A stretch of DNA of 64,000 nucleotides from Antedon mediterranea. Taxonomy: Eukaryota > Animalia > Echinodermata. The DNA is taken from NCBI RefSeq assembly GCF_964355755.1, contig NC_092672.1, positions 32,184,437 to 32,248,436 of the forward strand, given 5' to 3'. Made by a program: the position numbers and the translations under genes. Positions 51,801-64,000 of the stretch are shown here, piece after piece (positions within the stretch are counted from its first letter, which is position 1; each line of letters begins with the position of its first letter). The notes beneath the pieces were generated by a model, which was not told the DNA's origin, ran no database searches, and saw only the letters and a list, made by a program, of their open reading frames with translations.

Positions 51801-54800
51801 CACCTTCTCAACCGTGACGAGTTGTAAACAATCCTAATTAGCATCATGCATAATGTATACTCGTGGATTGAAATCTTTGTTTACTTTCGTTCGCGATGAC
51901 TTTCCAGACGATCGAAATGTAATCAAATTAATTTACCTGTTAATTACGTAAACTTTTTTTTTTGGCTCGAATTTTCGCCTTTAAGTGAATAACTTTAATA
52001 TTACTTTGATATGGCCAATTTAAATTTAGAATATTTTGACCTTTATTTTTTGTGTTTCATTGGACAATACATCTTTAAATTCACTCCAGTATTGCATTTA
52101 AATTTTACCGTACTTAGTACTGGACAGAAATTCCAACTAGATTCCATTCTTAAGATAATTTTGCTCAGATCACCCAAATTCTACTTATTCTTATTCCACG
52201 GTAATTCGGATCTTTTATTAAATATTTCTGGCTTTTAAGCATATAGACAATATCATAAACTTACTGCGTAGATTTTGTGGAATAGAAAGGTGACTGTAAT
52301 ATTCCGGCAGGAAAAGCTGAAATAAAATAATTTCATTATCAAATTCAATTTTACAGTTTACGCTAAACTCGAGCGGAATGCTAACATTAAACAAGAAATA
52401 TATTAACAATGTGCGCTCTGTAGTCTAGTTGTCCGGATTGTAAATGTTCAAAGACGTAGCATAGATAAGAAATAAAACATGATTTAAAATAAAAAGTATT
52501 ACAAATATACTCACTAATAAAATTACTAGCATGATGATAAAAGGCATTCACAACTATGACGGTTGACCCAGGCCACCTGGAATGGTAATTTCATTGAGGT
52601 TAAAGCTATTTTACTTTTAGGTTAGTTTTTCTAGTTACAAGCTTGTCAAGATACGAAATAGATATAAGTATTTATCATTATTATTATATATTCTTTATAC
52701 TGGGTAGCTTCTTCAGTCTAAGACTGGGCCTAGTACGGTATATTATATGACAAGTTTGTGACAGTGGCTGTGTGTGAATTAGTACATTAGGGTAACCCCC
52801 CTACTTGTCTCGAAAGATGTACTAGGTTCTTAAAAGTGTACTTGAGCCAGATGTGTACACTGGTGGAACTACGATTTATAGTCCTTAAATATTGATAATA
52901 TTACGTAATGAAAGATAATACAAAACTTACTTATATTTGTCGACTGGTTTTCGAAGCTTTATCATATTTTGCCACGAGTTTTCCGTATACGCTCCAATGA
53001 CATTCTCGAAGTATTTGGCAGAATCTATGTTTATCTAAGTTTAATCAAATGTACGTATTATTAAATACAAAACGCTTCGTCTGAACGCATTTCTTAAACC
53101 GTGCATTGGATTCACCCTTGACACTAAAATACATTATATTCGGTGGATTTAAATGTTCGAAAAGAAACGTGGGTTTTTTAGATACTACACATATTTTGTA
53201 TTACCATATAATGTTAAATACTATACTATCTTTACTCTGATCCAACACACACAAAACCCAAAACAGAAACATTATGACTTACCCTTTCGTATTGCTGATT
53301 AATATGGTCGACATCGACCATATAGGGATCGTAACCCACCATCTGCCGTATCGACTTCGCCTGCCATAATTAATCAACATACATTTTAGAATTAGATAAA
53401 AAGATCAAGGAAGAATGAGTGGGACGACGAGCACAAGACTATAAACCTCTGTCTACAATATCAAACTACTTTGACAAAAAAAGTGTGATGTGCCCAAATA
53501 TGGTAGTTGTATGACATCATCATTTCCATATATGAGCACATCACATTTTTGTCACATACAATTTGATAGTGTAGACAAGGCGTTAGGCCTAATTGCCATA
53601 TTAAATTCTAAGGTAAAGATATAGAATAATAATAAATATAAACGTCGAAATGCATGGATCTTACCAAGAACACTGTTACAGAATATTATTCTCTTTTAGT
53701 ATTTTGATTCTTTTGATTTATACAATATTTTAAAAATGTAGAGGGCGGTGTACCCCTGTCCAAAATTCTGCGATTCATTTCACAACTTTTAGGCCCTAGG
53801 CCCCTTATTTCAAAATCATGAATACGGTACCTTTTTTATTGCATTTGTTCTCGTGTAGTCATCCATCCAATCCGTTTTATGTATTAGTTCTTCAAGTGAA
53901 TCTTTTATATCGCCAATCATTTCATCAGCCTATAAACAAAATTAGTACAAACTTTAATGATAAAAAGGGATATCGAAGATTCGGAACCATCATGGAACAA
54001 TTTTAAATGATCAAGTAGGCCTATCAAGTATATATTGTGGCTGGGAATATGTTACGTGTATTTGGGGTTTTTTATGGTGCAATGGTGTGAACACATTGAT
54101 ATTTACGATTCGTTGCCTATTTAAAATGTAACGTAAACATGTGGTTGAAACTGGTGCAATTAAGTCGTGTGAACACATACTGAAACTTACGACACGTTTG
54201 CTTTCTTCGTCAAAGTATTTCTTGATAAACGGATATCCTAGTGCGCCCCCAATGAATCTGTTCGTTTTGTCGATGCAGAACCTCCACCGAGACGGCTCCT
54301 TTTCTTCGCCTCGCGTCACTCGCAGATATTTCTGACGGAACTCGCGTTCATTCTTGCCAAGGTGAAGTGAGAAGTCTTTGATGAACCTTGCGATTAAGTA
54401 ATTTGCAACTACTCTGCAATGATCAAGAAATATGTTACATTGATGTAGTCGATCCTGTGTATCTATAATTTGTGCAGTAGCATAGGCAAATTATTTGTGT
54501 CTAGCAAACTTGAATGTAGGCCTACCTTTTAGGCGTCTGCTGCAAAAGCCCGCCAATTTTCTTAACATATGGAATAGAGCAGACGATCAGTGGTTCCATT
54601 TCTTCATCAAGATTCAGTTCAGTTTCTTCGAAAATACCATTAAAGTATGGCACCCACTCAATCTAAGGAAATGAACCAAAAACAGATTTGATAATCTGTT
54701 ACTCTCTACAAATCTATAATTTAATTTGTATGATCTTTCATCGTCGAAAATGTCTTTTAGTTTCTTTTTTCCCAAGTAGTTTAGTAAAGACGTAGCAAAC

Positions 54801-57800
54801 TTTGTTTGTTAAGTTAGTAAAACAGTTGAGAGACTGCAGAAAAGTTTCCAGAAGTCGACACTTTAGTAACTAGATAGATACACATGGCACCAAAACCTAC
54901 GTATGGTGACATTTCTTTTAATTCCGAAATCGTCTTTTTGTTGTATAAATCCATGATGTTGCGCCTTGCCGCTTTGTCCTCTGAAATCTGAAGAAAACAA
55001 TTGATAGTATTTTAAAAGATGATAATGAAAAGATCTGTTCAAAGGGGTTGTTAAAGAAAGGAGAAAAGGGTGTTTGGTTTCGGTATATAGGACGTAATGC
55101 ATCAACGGGTGTTTGTGGTAGCCACAATGATCGAAGCAGGGTCCTGGGTATAATGATTTAACGTATCTACACCAACAGATTTGTTGGAAATTACTTTCGC
55201 TCCAGAATGAATATACGCCCTTATAGCGGATATGTTCTACTTTTTAAAAAACCTACCTCCGCCAACTGTTGCTCAAAGCGGAAAGCATCTAACATACTTT
55301 CATACGCCTTTTTTCTATCATGATCTAGGCGTAAGGTTGTTGCCATACTGGTCATGAAATCAATATAAGCCGCAGTAATCTGACAATAAAAAGAAAACAT
55401 TAGAGAGCCTATGTTCAAGATTTTTTTAAAGCTTTTACTTTTAGACCAGCTTAGAATTTACTACTGTGCGTCTTGCGTAAATATTCTAATGCCTCTTCAC
55501 GTCGCCTAAAGAGACTTCATAGAACTTAATATGGTGCAAACTTGTACATACTCCTTTCACATCGCCTAGTACAGCCAAGGCAATCTAAAAACAGGATTCT
55601 GAGCTCCGGACATCAAATGATTTATATATGGCTGCGACACGATCAGTACCACGCTCTTAAGCGTGGTTCCCACTAGCGACGCAACGCAAGAACGTAACGC
55701 AACGCAAGTGAATTGACCAATCACAAGCGATGGTTCATTCGCTTGTGATTGCTAACTGTCTATAATTTCGCTTGTCATTGGTTAAAACGCTTGCGTTGCG
55801 TTTACGTCCTTGCGTTACGTCCTAGTGGGAACCAAGCTTTAACAGACACCGCGCGCCGCGCAGAACGTACATAGTACAGTACTGTTGCTATTTGTCGCAG
55901 CCAGACATAAGATCAAAGGACTGTTACGAGTTCCTATCTTGGCAAGCCAAGCTCAGTGTCCTGTTGTTAGATTGCCTTGGTAAAACTCCGGAGTTTACAT
56001 ACACATGGCGCGTCAACACCGGCGCTCTGTTGCGCCCCAATGTGTGTAAATTCCGGGGTTTCACTAGGCAACGTGAAAGTAGTAGTAAACTACTGAGATC
56101 AATATTACGTCCAAAGAAGTCTTTTTACTTCACGTGACAGGATTTGAACCCAGAATAAGAATGTGATTTAATAGCCAAGCTTTATAACCAACATCTGCAC
56201 TATTGTCCTCATTGTTTCTGGTCGACAACTGTGTGTGGTATACACAACTAGGCCGGTTTATTACCAAAAGATTATAGTAATAAAGCCTCTACTTATGGCA
56301 GCCCAGAACCCCAGAGAGCCGCTTAATGTCACATTGCTTTGTTTAGACATAACTATTTTGACAGACACATCTTCACATTTGAAAATGAATATAAACTATT
56401 GAAATAATTAAACGTTAATAGCTGACCTAAACATTTTAATCTTTGACATTTAGTTTGAATAATTTTCAATTAATTTTCTCGTGTTTGACATTTAGATATG
56501 TAATAATCGCCGATTACCTGCATAGTAGCAATTTATATAAATTGTTGGATAGAAATGTCATTCGTACTCTACCTTATTTGTAATGTTGGTTTTATAGTAT
56601 TCGGCGCTTTCAATTCCGAGCTCAGGCTGATCTATCTGAAATATAGTAACGATAGTCTTAATAGTCGAATACATTTGTTTAATACATTCATTATTGATTT
56701 CCGATACAATTTAACCACAGCGTGTATATATCATACACTGTAAACTACAGATCTACTACTAAAGCTCTGTTTACACTATCAAACTTATATCTGACAACAA
56801 ATATGTGATGTGTCCATGTATGGACAAGATGATGTCATTTGATCACTACCATTATTTGCGCATCACACCTTTTTTTTTTTGTCAAACTAGTTTGATAGTG
56901 TAGACAGAGCTTGAGTTTGATATATACCGTGCTGTAATAACATAAAACAAACTATTTAAAAAAAATGACACTGGTCATTGGCATTTTCAAGATTTGCCAA
57001 TTTGTTCAATATTTTCACCACTGTGATTATAAGATTGGTATTAAACAAGCCTATCAGGTTGTTTAATAATTTAATGTTTGCAAACCGATTCTTTATAGTC
57101 TTTGAATATTTCTCCACAAAGTCCATATTTGGTGTTTACCATTCCATGACACTTTGATTTACTATATAAAGGTTATATCATTATATAATTGTTGATAAAA
57201 TGTGATTTTATAAACACGTCAATTAGGATTACAGTTTAGGTTTTACAACCCCCTTTGATTGATTTACTATCGTTTATTTTTAATTGAATACATTTAAAGT
57301 GTGTGGTCTTATTACATTTTGGTCAATGATCTGTGTGCTATGAAACGCGAAAGGGGCAAAACGCTAGTCGTATTTGTGTGTCGCTTCTTTATTTGGTATC
57401 GATGCCCAGCAGCAATGTTCACACCGGATAGAAAGTCTGTCGGTCAGAAGCATTGGTGAAGTTTAGAGTTAGGTCAAAGAGAGGTTTACAGAGTAACATG
57501 TTGTACTTGATTAGTTGACATTTCATTTGCTGTTTGGACAGCGAGGATATTTACGACTTTGTTACCGCATGTAATCGTGTCTTTTAAACAATTTCATTAT
57601 CATCATGTTGCAAGATAACTATAAACTATAGTAGATATTTACAGGACAGTAAGAAGTTTAGCAGTTTCGTTTAATTTAATCCAAGTACTTGTACAATGTT
57701 TACAAATCATTGGATGTATACACTGAGAAAGTGGTCACGCAAAACATAGTGTGGTTAAAGTTTGTAATAAATGGAAACGTTATCCTATTTACCGTCGTTT

Positions 57801-60800
57801 CAAGATGTCATTGACACAAATTCGACGCGCGCGTACAAAAACCATTTTCATAAACTTTAGTATAGTATGTAGTATATAACAGTTTCCCTGAGTTCAAAGC
57901 ACGCAAAACATACTAATATTATTAAAGTGTGCAGTAATGAATGTGGTATTTTTAAATCATAGTTCACTAATTCGACGCGCGCGTACAAAAGGTATTTTCA
58001 ACAATGTATGAACGCGCGCGTAATACTATACAGTATTTGTTTGTTTCTGTTATATTTTTTAGGCTACCCAAATTGTTAATCTGACTTGTTACTACTTTAT
58101 TTGTTTATAATTACACGGTAGGTAGGTATCGGTACTAGACCTACTCAAATAAAAAATTAGGTCCAGCCACAACTCTTGGCATGTAAAAATGCTGTGAATG
58201 AGTTATCATTGTCATATTATGTTGCGTTAACCCAAACCATGTGTCATTTTTTAGTTCAGATATCATAGTCAAATTAGTAGACCTACCGATCATAATGTCA
58301 CTTAACAGCAATATACTGTAAGTGGTAATGGGAGAAGTAATAAAACATAGTGACATTTATTGGTAGTCACTTTATTTAAAAATTCCCATTACTAGCGATG
58401 GATTAACGATAGTAAAACTTTATGACTTAGCACGATATCAGAGGCGGCATCCAATTTCCAACTGACTCCATTCCTGAAATGATAATTCTTCTACATATTC
58501 TATATTCTGGTGGTGCAGATCAAATATATTTTTTTTTGGCCAAAGAACATAGATACGACATTTTAACGCTTGAATTTAGGTTGCTGGCAATACAATTTTT
58601 ACAATAGCAAAAATAGTAGATTATTTACTTTTATTGTCCGACATTATGTGGAAATGTACAGGTCAACTCGGCCTAAATATGTAGTATGTATCCGATTGGG
58701 GATTCTTTGATCAATTAAGCTAGGTTCCCACTAAAAACAACGAGGATGTAAGTGCGTAACAAGCAATTTGACCAATCACGACGATGAGTCTACGTCTAAA
58801 ACTCTGTCTACACTATCAACAACAAAAAAGTGTGATGTGCCCATATACGGTAGTGATATGACGTCATCGTGTCTGTATATGGACACATCACATTATTTTG
58901 TCACATAAAGTTTGATAGTGTAGACAGAGCTTAAGTTAGAACCAAGCTGTAAATATTACTCACGTATATGATATTTAAAATTGAGTTAGCAAAGTCTTCT
59001 CCAACTGCTTGACTAAATATGTAATTTTTATCGATTATAAGACGCATTTTGATCAGGATTTCCGTTAGATTCCACGAATCTTCATCAAACGCTCCGTCCT
59101 CCATAACAGGCCAGCCACCAAGTGTGTGTATTAATTGTGTAATTTGCTGGACACTGATACTGTCTATCAAAGCTGTGAAAGAATATCTCTATTGCATTTA
59201 CTGGTGAATTTACACAGACGAGCAGTAACGGTAATACAACATTTATAGTTATAGTTATTCCTTATGACCATTTACACACAACGCGGAGCCGACGAGCGGT
59301 TTCTGCTCAGGATAGACACAGATTTTACGTGGGACAAGCTACGATGTTTACCGCTTACCGTTACCGCTTGTCTGTGTAAATAGTCCTTCAGAATGAAAAA
59401 CTTCTCCTTGGGTTTATAGATATTTTTGTAAACTAAACAGTCGATAATTTACATTGTTGTAATTATGTAAGATTTTTGACGCACCTTCATCCATACATGA
59501 TCTATAAAATTGTTTAGCTTTTACTACAGCTTCTATATCGGTCTCCAAAATATCCTCTTCAATTATTCCTACAAAAAATTTGTATATACTGTATACTTGT
59601 AAAGTGGCATCATTTCATATAGATCAAGTCTCAAGATATGGTTTTTAAAAAAAGGAAAGAAGAGAACCAAAACCAGAAGGATAATGGCAAGAGGGTGAAG
59701 AAGAAGAGAAATGTACAGTAGTTGTTCTTAGTTGTTATAAAGAGAAAGAGGAAACTAAAGAAAAGAAAAAGGTTACACAATCAGTTGTTGTACAAGATTA
59801 TGAAGAGGTTGAGGAAAAGTAACAGGATTATTGAAACACCTTAAGTTGTTGTAAAAAAAAAGAGAAGGTTGAGGAAAATTAACAGGGGTGACAGTCATCG
59901 AAACACCTTAAGTTGTTATAAAAAGAAAGAAGAGGTTGAGGAAAAGGAACAGGAGTGAAAGTCTTTGAAACACCTTAAGTTGTTATAAAAAGAAAGAGGA
60001 TATTAGGGAAAAGCAACAGGATTGAAAGTCATTATAACGCCTTATGTTATAAGGAGAAAGAGGAGGTTGAAGAAAGGCAACGAATTCAGTTATAAAAAGA
60101 AAGAAGTTGAGGAAAGTAGTTTTACTGTGGAATACCCTTCCGTCCGAACATGATAGACAAGCATTGTAACGGCTTCAGTTGTTGTAAAGTGAAAGACATG
60201 GTTGAGAAAAGGGAACCTAGTTTAACGCTTTCAGATATTATACCCTAAGGATCTTACCTTTACACATAACATTTAACCTATCAGAGAGTTGTGTGAAGAT
60301 GAACAAGCCAGCTTCTTCGTCTGGTATGACAGACTTCTCTTTCCAGCCGCCACATGCGTATTCGTAAAAGTTTTCACAAGGATTTACATCAGTATTCATT
60401 TTGGAAATAAGACTTGCGGCTGAATAACAATCCAACAATTCAATAGTTGTTTAGATCAATAATTGTTAATTAAAAATATTGGTTTTAAAAATTGGAGGAT
60501 AGTAGGCCTAATTAACTTTCCCTTTCCCATTAACATAGACTTTAAGGAAAAACGTCATGTTTTCTATTTCTCATCTACTCCATATTACTTCAGAGGTAAT
60601 TTGGTGTTATCTTTATGGAAATACCTATTATTATTAACTTATTTAAATTACACGACTTCTTCCAAACACGGATCTAATCAAGATTAAATCATCGTTACAC
60701 ACATTCTTTGACGAACCTTAGACCATTTGATATCATTTCTAGACCTTTCTTATCCCAAAAGAGCTAAAATATGATGTGGGCATTCAACACGTAGGCCTAC

Positions 60801-61041
60801 ACAACCTGGACCCTGAAAATGCAGATTAGACCCATATTTAAATGTGGCAGCAACTACCATTGCCAGGACACATTTACTCTTTTTGAATAGGCCTACCAAA
60901 TTGCGGACCAAAACAACAATGTTGAATGTAACTTTATTAAAGAATTAGCACACTAACCTACTTCGACACAATCTGACGTCATACATACGGGTGATTTGTT
61001 CTCGAACTGAAGACCTTGGATTGAACTGCTGTTTTCTTTAT
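48798..61041 (-). CDS. M13 zinc metallopeptidase (neprilysin/endothelin-converting enzyme-like), ectodomain; N-terminal TM exon not found in window
   Basis: 20 phase-compatible exons: 60958-61041, 60258-60419, 59485-59568, 58964-59172, 56573-56635, 55257-55379, 54901-54987, 54526-54662, 54191-54413, 53831-53929, 53283-53360, 52931-53034, 52515-52576, 52265-52316, 51374-51441, 51044-51174, 50157-50222, 49516-49614, 49270-49346, 48798-48897. Motifs: [63 protein letters not shown]. Confidence 0.95.
50157..50222 (-). CDS. M13 peptidase exon with third zinc ligand (ExxxD)
   Basis: [22 protein letters not shown]. Confidence 0.95.
50445..50998. repeat. 21-bp minisatellite (~26 copies) in an M13 peptidase intron
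   Basis: Unit gaggtgtcccaaaggagggat. Confidence 0.95.
51374..51441 (-). CDS. M13 peptidase HExxH exon
   Basis: [22 protein letters not shown]. Confidence 0.95.
51540..52074. mobile_element. TTAA-flanked MITE (Kolobok-like), longer variant
   Basis: ttaa(a)agatgtattgtcc ... ggacaatacatct|ttaa. Confidence 0.72.
52515..52576 (-). CDS. M13 peptidase exon with NAFY substrate-binding motif
   Basis: [20 protein letters not shown]; ccag|G ... A|gtgagt. Confidence 0.9.
55660..55838 (-). mobile_element. MITE family A copy 4
   Basis: Same sequence reversed; TTA on both sides. Confidence 0.88.
55875..56195 (-). mobile_element. Degenerate tRNA-derived SINE-like element
   Basis: Minus strand has B-box GGTTCAAATCC near its 5' end; its body is similar to an inverted fragment at ~55575-55650. 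Confidence 0.45.
56763..56911. mobile_element. MITE family D (TIR agctctgtctacactatcaaact); ~10 further copies or fragments at ~11920, 13068, 27553, 31373, 32788, 39056, 48148, 48932, 53446, 58800
   Basis: Palindromic ends; shared core tgtgatgtgcccatatatggacatgatgatgtcatatcactaccatatttgggcacatcaca; TAA duplication at 58800-58931. Confidence 0.85.
59203..59386. mobile_element. MITE
   Basis: Imperfect TIR atttacacagacgagcagtaacggtaa / ttaccgttaccgcttgtctgtgtaaat. Confidence 0.7.
59720..60120. repeat. Degenerate ~60-65-bp purine-rich tandem repeat
   Basis: gaaacaccttaagttgttataaaaagaaag...gttgaggaaaa recurs. Confidence 0.7.
60258..60419 (-). CDS. M13 peptidase exon with N-terminal Cys motif
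   Basis: [19 protein letters not shown]. Confidence 0.93.
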
Positions 61042-62881
61042 CTAAATTACAAAAATTGAAAATAAAAAATATTGTTTAATATCTAGGGCTACTATTCAAT
61101 AAACCAAGTAGTGTTAGTTGGCTGGTTTATAATCAGTTTACGTTTTTCGTCTTGCGAAATTACGCATTCGGCTATTTTATGACGTTTCCTTTGTCATATG
61201 GACAGGATGGTTTTGTGTTGTCTTATTTTTCTGTCATTTTTTGCCATTTTTGTAGGAGCCGATTCGAGAGGTCTTTAGAGCTTTAATTGATTGCTGATTG
61301 ATATGTTTTAATGTAGACTTAAACCAAGTTTGTCTTTCTACCTTTGCATTATCATATTCTTCACCTTCAACTTTGAATTATTTACCTTTCGGAAGGCACA
61401 GCTCGATGATTTTAATTCATTTTATATAATGAAAAACTATCACTCTTCTTGTCTCTTTTGCATGTAAGCTCCGTTAACGCTACGCTGAACACTTAAGACT
61501 CGCTTTTCATTATGTTAACAATTGTTGAAGACTAAGCAATTCGTATTCATCCATCTCGTTAACAGGCTTGCAGTTATCGTTATTGGAGCCACTAATCAAA
61601 CTATAGGTTCGATGGCTTTTAAATCGTACTACATAAATCAATTAAAATCGACAGAAGAATAAACGAAAGAGAGGAAGATATCACTCGGAAGTTTTTGCTT
61701 TCCGGTTGTTCGAATGATATAGGAATATATTGACATTCTTATCAATGTAGTTAATCATTTTTTCTCTGAACTATTAATCTCTGTTGTATAGGTATCACTT
61801 CGAGTAATATTGGTTTGAAGGAAACTTTTAACAACATTAAATATCAACTGACAACTGTTATTATTTAAGAAAAAGTAGTTCAATTAAAGGTTGGTTCCCA
61901 CTCTAGGACGCAACGCAACAACGTGTATAGGTATCAACACATGTGAGTTAACAATCACAACTCGTCCTGGTGACGAGTTATAATCATCAAAGTAAGGTTG
62001 TCATTAGTTGAAGTTCCCACGAATTTTGTAAAGCGAACGTTTTAAGATAGAAATATACCATACCATAGTATAGTAATGATATGATAACAATGTTACGAAA
62101 ATATAAGCGATATCATTGTGTACCTTACGTCACGTTTGAAGTTTTCGTTTATGTATGTCAAGTAATGTTTTATTCTAGAATGACGTAATTTTATATGCTC
62201 TCTTTCTAATAATCTTTAGAAAAGTAGAGCAACTTTAACCGTTTCATATCATCAGTATAGAAAGCCATTATATGTTGACTTGTATTGGCTAGTTAAAAAC
62301 GGTTGGCCTGCCATCCACAGCACTGAGATGGATGATAGATTGAGGAGCTGATGAACGATTAGTATGCACACCACGTGTGTTAATATTATTTTCAACGAGC
62401 ACACTGTTTATACATCTAGAAGACCAAACAAGTGTTACGCACTTATCAACAAAATGAATGTGAGTAGAAATTGCAGAAATCTAACAGCAACCATTTTAAG
62501 AGATTGACGATGGTGTATAAAAATGTTATTTCTTTCATTTTTTTTAGCAGCAGGCCTTACGCAATAGACTTGTTATTTCCACAAATGTTTGCGTAAGAAG
62601 AATTTTTGTTTAATAATAATAACTTTATTGACAAACACTTTTGTATTAGTGACAACACACTCATTAGTGGTGCAGTCAACTTAAACTACATACAAATGAA
62701 CATTATAAACCAAACATGTATGTATGTACACTCAACGATACATAGACATTAAATACAATAGTAAAACAAAACCAATGCAGTGGCTTTTCTTAACTTTTGA
62801 CTTTAACTTTTTAAACTTTTTTTGTTTGTTCTCTCATCTAATTGTGTTTTGAATTCTTGTTCTTTAAACAAAATATTCTAA

Positions 62882-63047
62882 AGCTGGTTTTCCACTATAG
62901 GCGAATTTGTTCACACGAATCGATAGCGTCAGCTTATACGCATACGTATTCATTTTTTCATCTTCCAAATACCTCTCTACGCATGCGTATAAGCTGATGC
63001 TTTCGATTCGGGCGAACAAATTCGCCTATACTAGTGGAAAATCGGCT
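62882..63047. mobile_element. Long-hairpin MITE, Harbinger-like termini
   Basis: agctggttttccacta-taggcgaatttgttc ... gaacaaattcgccta-tactagtggaaaatcggct; flanks taa/tta. Confidence 0.78.
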
Positions 63048-63445
63048 TTAACATGGTACTTTTCGTATTTGACCGCTGCACTATAGTTATAATGTTAAAT
63101 ACTGTATGTTTCCACGGATTTCCCCCGGTTTTACCCGACCTGATCCGACTTTTTGCTGACGTGTGAACGTACTAAATTGTTGTCTGCTATTAGTACATGG
63201 ATGTTCACACCACGCACATCATCCCGAGTTGTGAACGTTGCACTATTCCTTTAGTGCGTTCTTTCTTTGGATTTTCTGATTTTTTTTAGTCGCATGCAAA
63301 CGCGACTCTACAGCTCACTATGTCGGTCGGTCGGTAAACACTAACTCAAATTTGCGCACGCGACTACAGCCATGTATATGGCCTGGTTCTGAGCTGATTC
63401 GGATTCTTGGCGCAAATTGCAGCAACGTATGCTAATTGATTGTAA

Positions 63446-63639
63446 AGCGTGGTTCCCACTAGAACGCAACGCAGCGACGTATCGACGAAAAGTGCTGTAT
63501 TGCGTAATCACAAGTGGAAACCGACGACATAATAGTGCTGCAAACATCGCAGGTTTCATGCAGGCGGGGGGAAAACACAATTATTGGAAGGGCATTTGCT
63601 TATAATGCGTTACGTTGCGTCGCAAGTGGGAACCAAGCT
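63446..63639 (+). mobile_element. MITE family B copy
   Basis: agcgtggttcccactag ... gtgggaaccaagct, with core shared with the 21596 copy. Confidence 0.8.
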
Positions 63640-64000
63640 TACAGATGTTTATTAAATGTATTCCTCCTTTAAGATATAAATGGAATTTGACTGTTTTCGG
63701 GTGTAGGAATTTTGTGGTTTATCTTTCGGACTCACACTGCGCGCGTAGAAGAATAGGGCCTATGGTATGTGTTTTTTTTTTTATCAAACCAAAAGTTCTA
63801 GCGCGTATGGCACGGAAATTCCGACATACTAATTCTTCTAATACCAACACGTGAAGAATGAGTTGACTTCAATTAGTATAAACCTACATAATGTCTTGTT
63901 TAAATACGAGATCTGTTAAAAAGCACTTTGATTCTCACTTTATCGTTTCTCTCCCGAGACTCACTATGAACTGTGACAGTATTTTTATTTACTACATACA

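Noticed and set aside
56130-56195. tRNA gene candidate on the minus strand (GGTTCAAATCC)
   Set aside because: No complete cloverleaf; better explained as a SINE head
61042-64000. N-terminal cytoplasmic/TM exon of the M13 peptidase
   Set aside because: No convincing hydrophobic exon with a phase-1 donor found; it probably lies beyond the window

Overview
AT-rich, intron-rich eukaryotic (metazoan, probably invertebrate; taxon cannot be fixed from sequence alone) genomic window, with no prokaryotic features. Three protein-coding genes were reconstructed by hand from GT-AG junctions with consistent phases. (1) The 3' part of a SPEN/SHARP-like corepressor: a huge disordered exon plus three exons encoding the C-terminal SPOC domain (+, <1-5429). 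(2) A complete 7-exon, 917-aa class C GPCR of the metabotropic glutamate receptor type (+, 9168-45316), with a 25.5-kb first intron and an apparently remodelled ligand pocket. (3) Twenty exons (~700 aa) of a catalytically intact M13 neprilysin/ECE-like peptidase (-, 61041-48798), whose 5' transmembrane exon was not found. Introns hold many small non-autonomous DNA transposons (PIF/Harbinger-type MITEs that repeatedly nest in each other, Helentron-associated HINEs, TTAA-flanked Kolobok-like, P-like and MULE-like minis), CR1/L2-type LINE relics and minisatellites. Best leads: the divergent mGluR-like pocket, a duplicated group-III-like tail motif on a symmetric exon, YxF cohesin-type motifs in SPEN, and MITE-in-MITE targeting.
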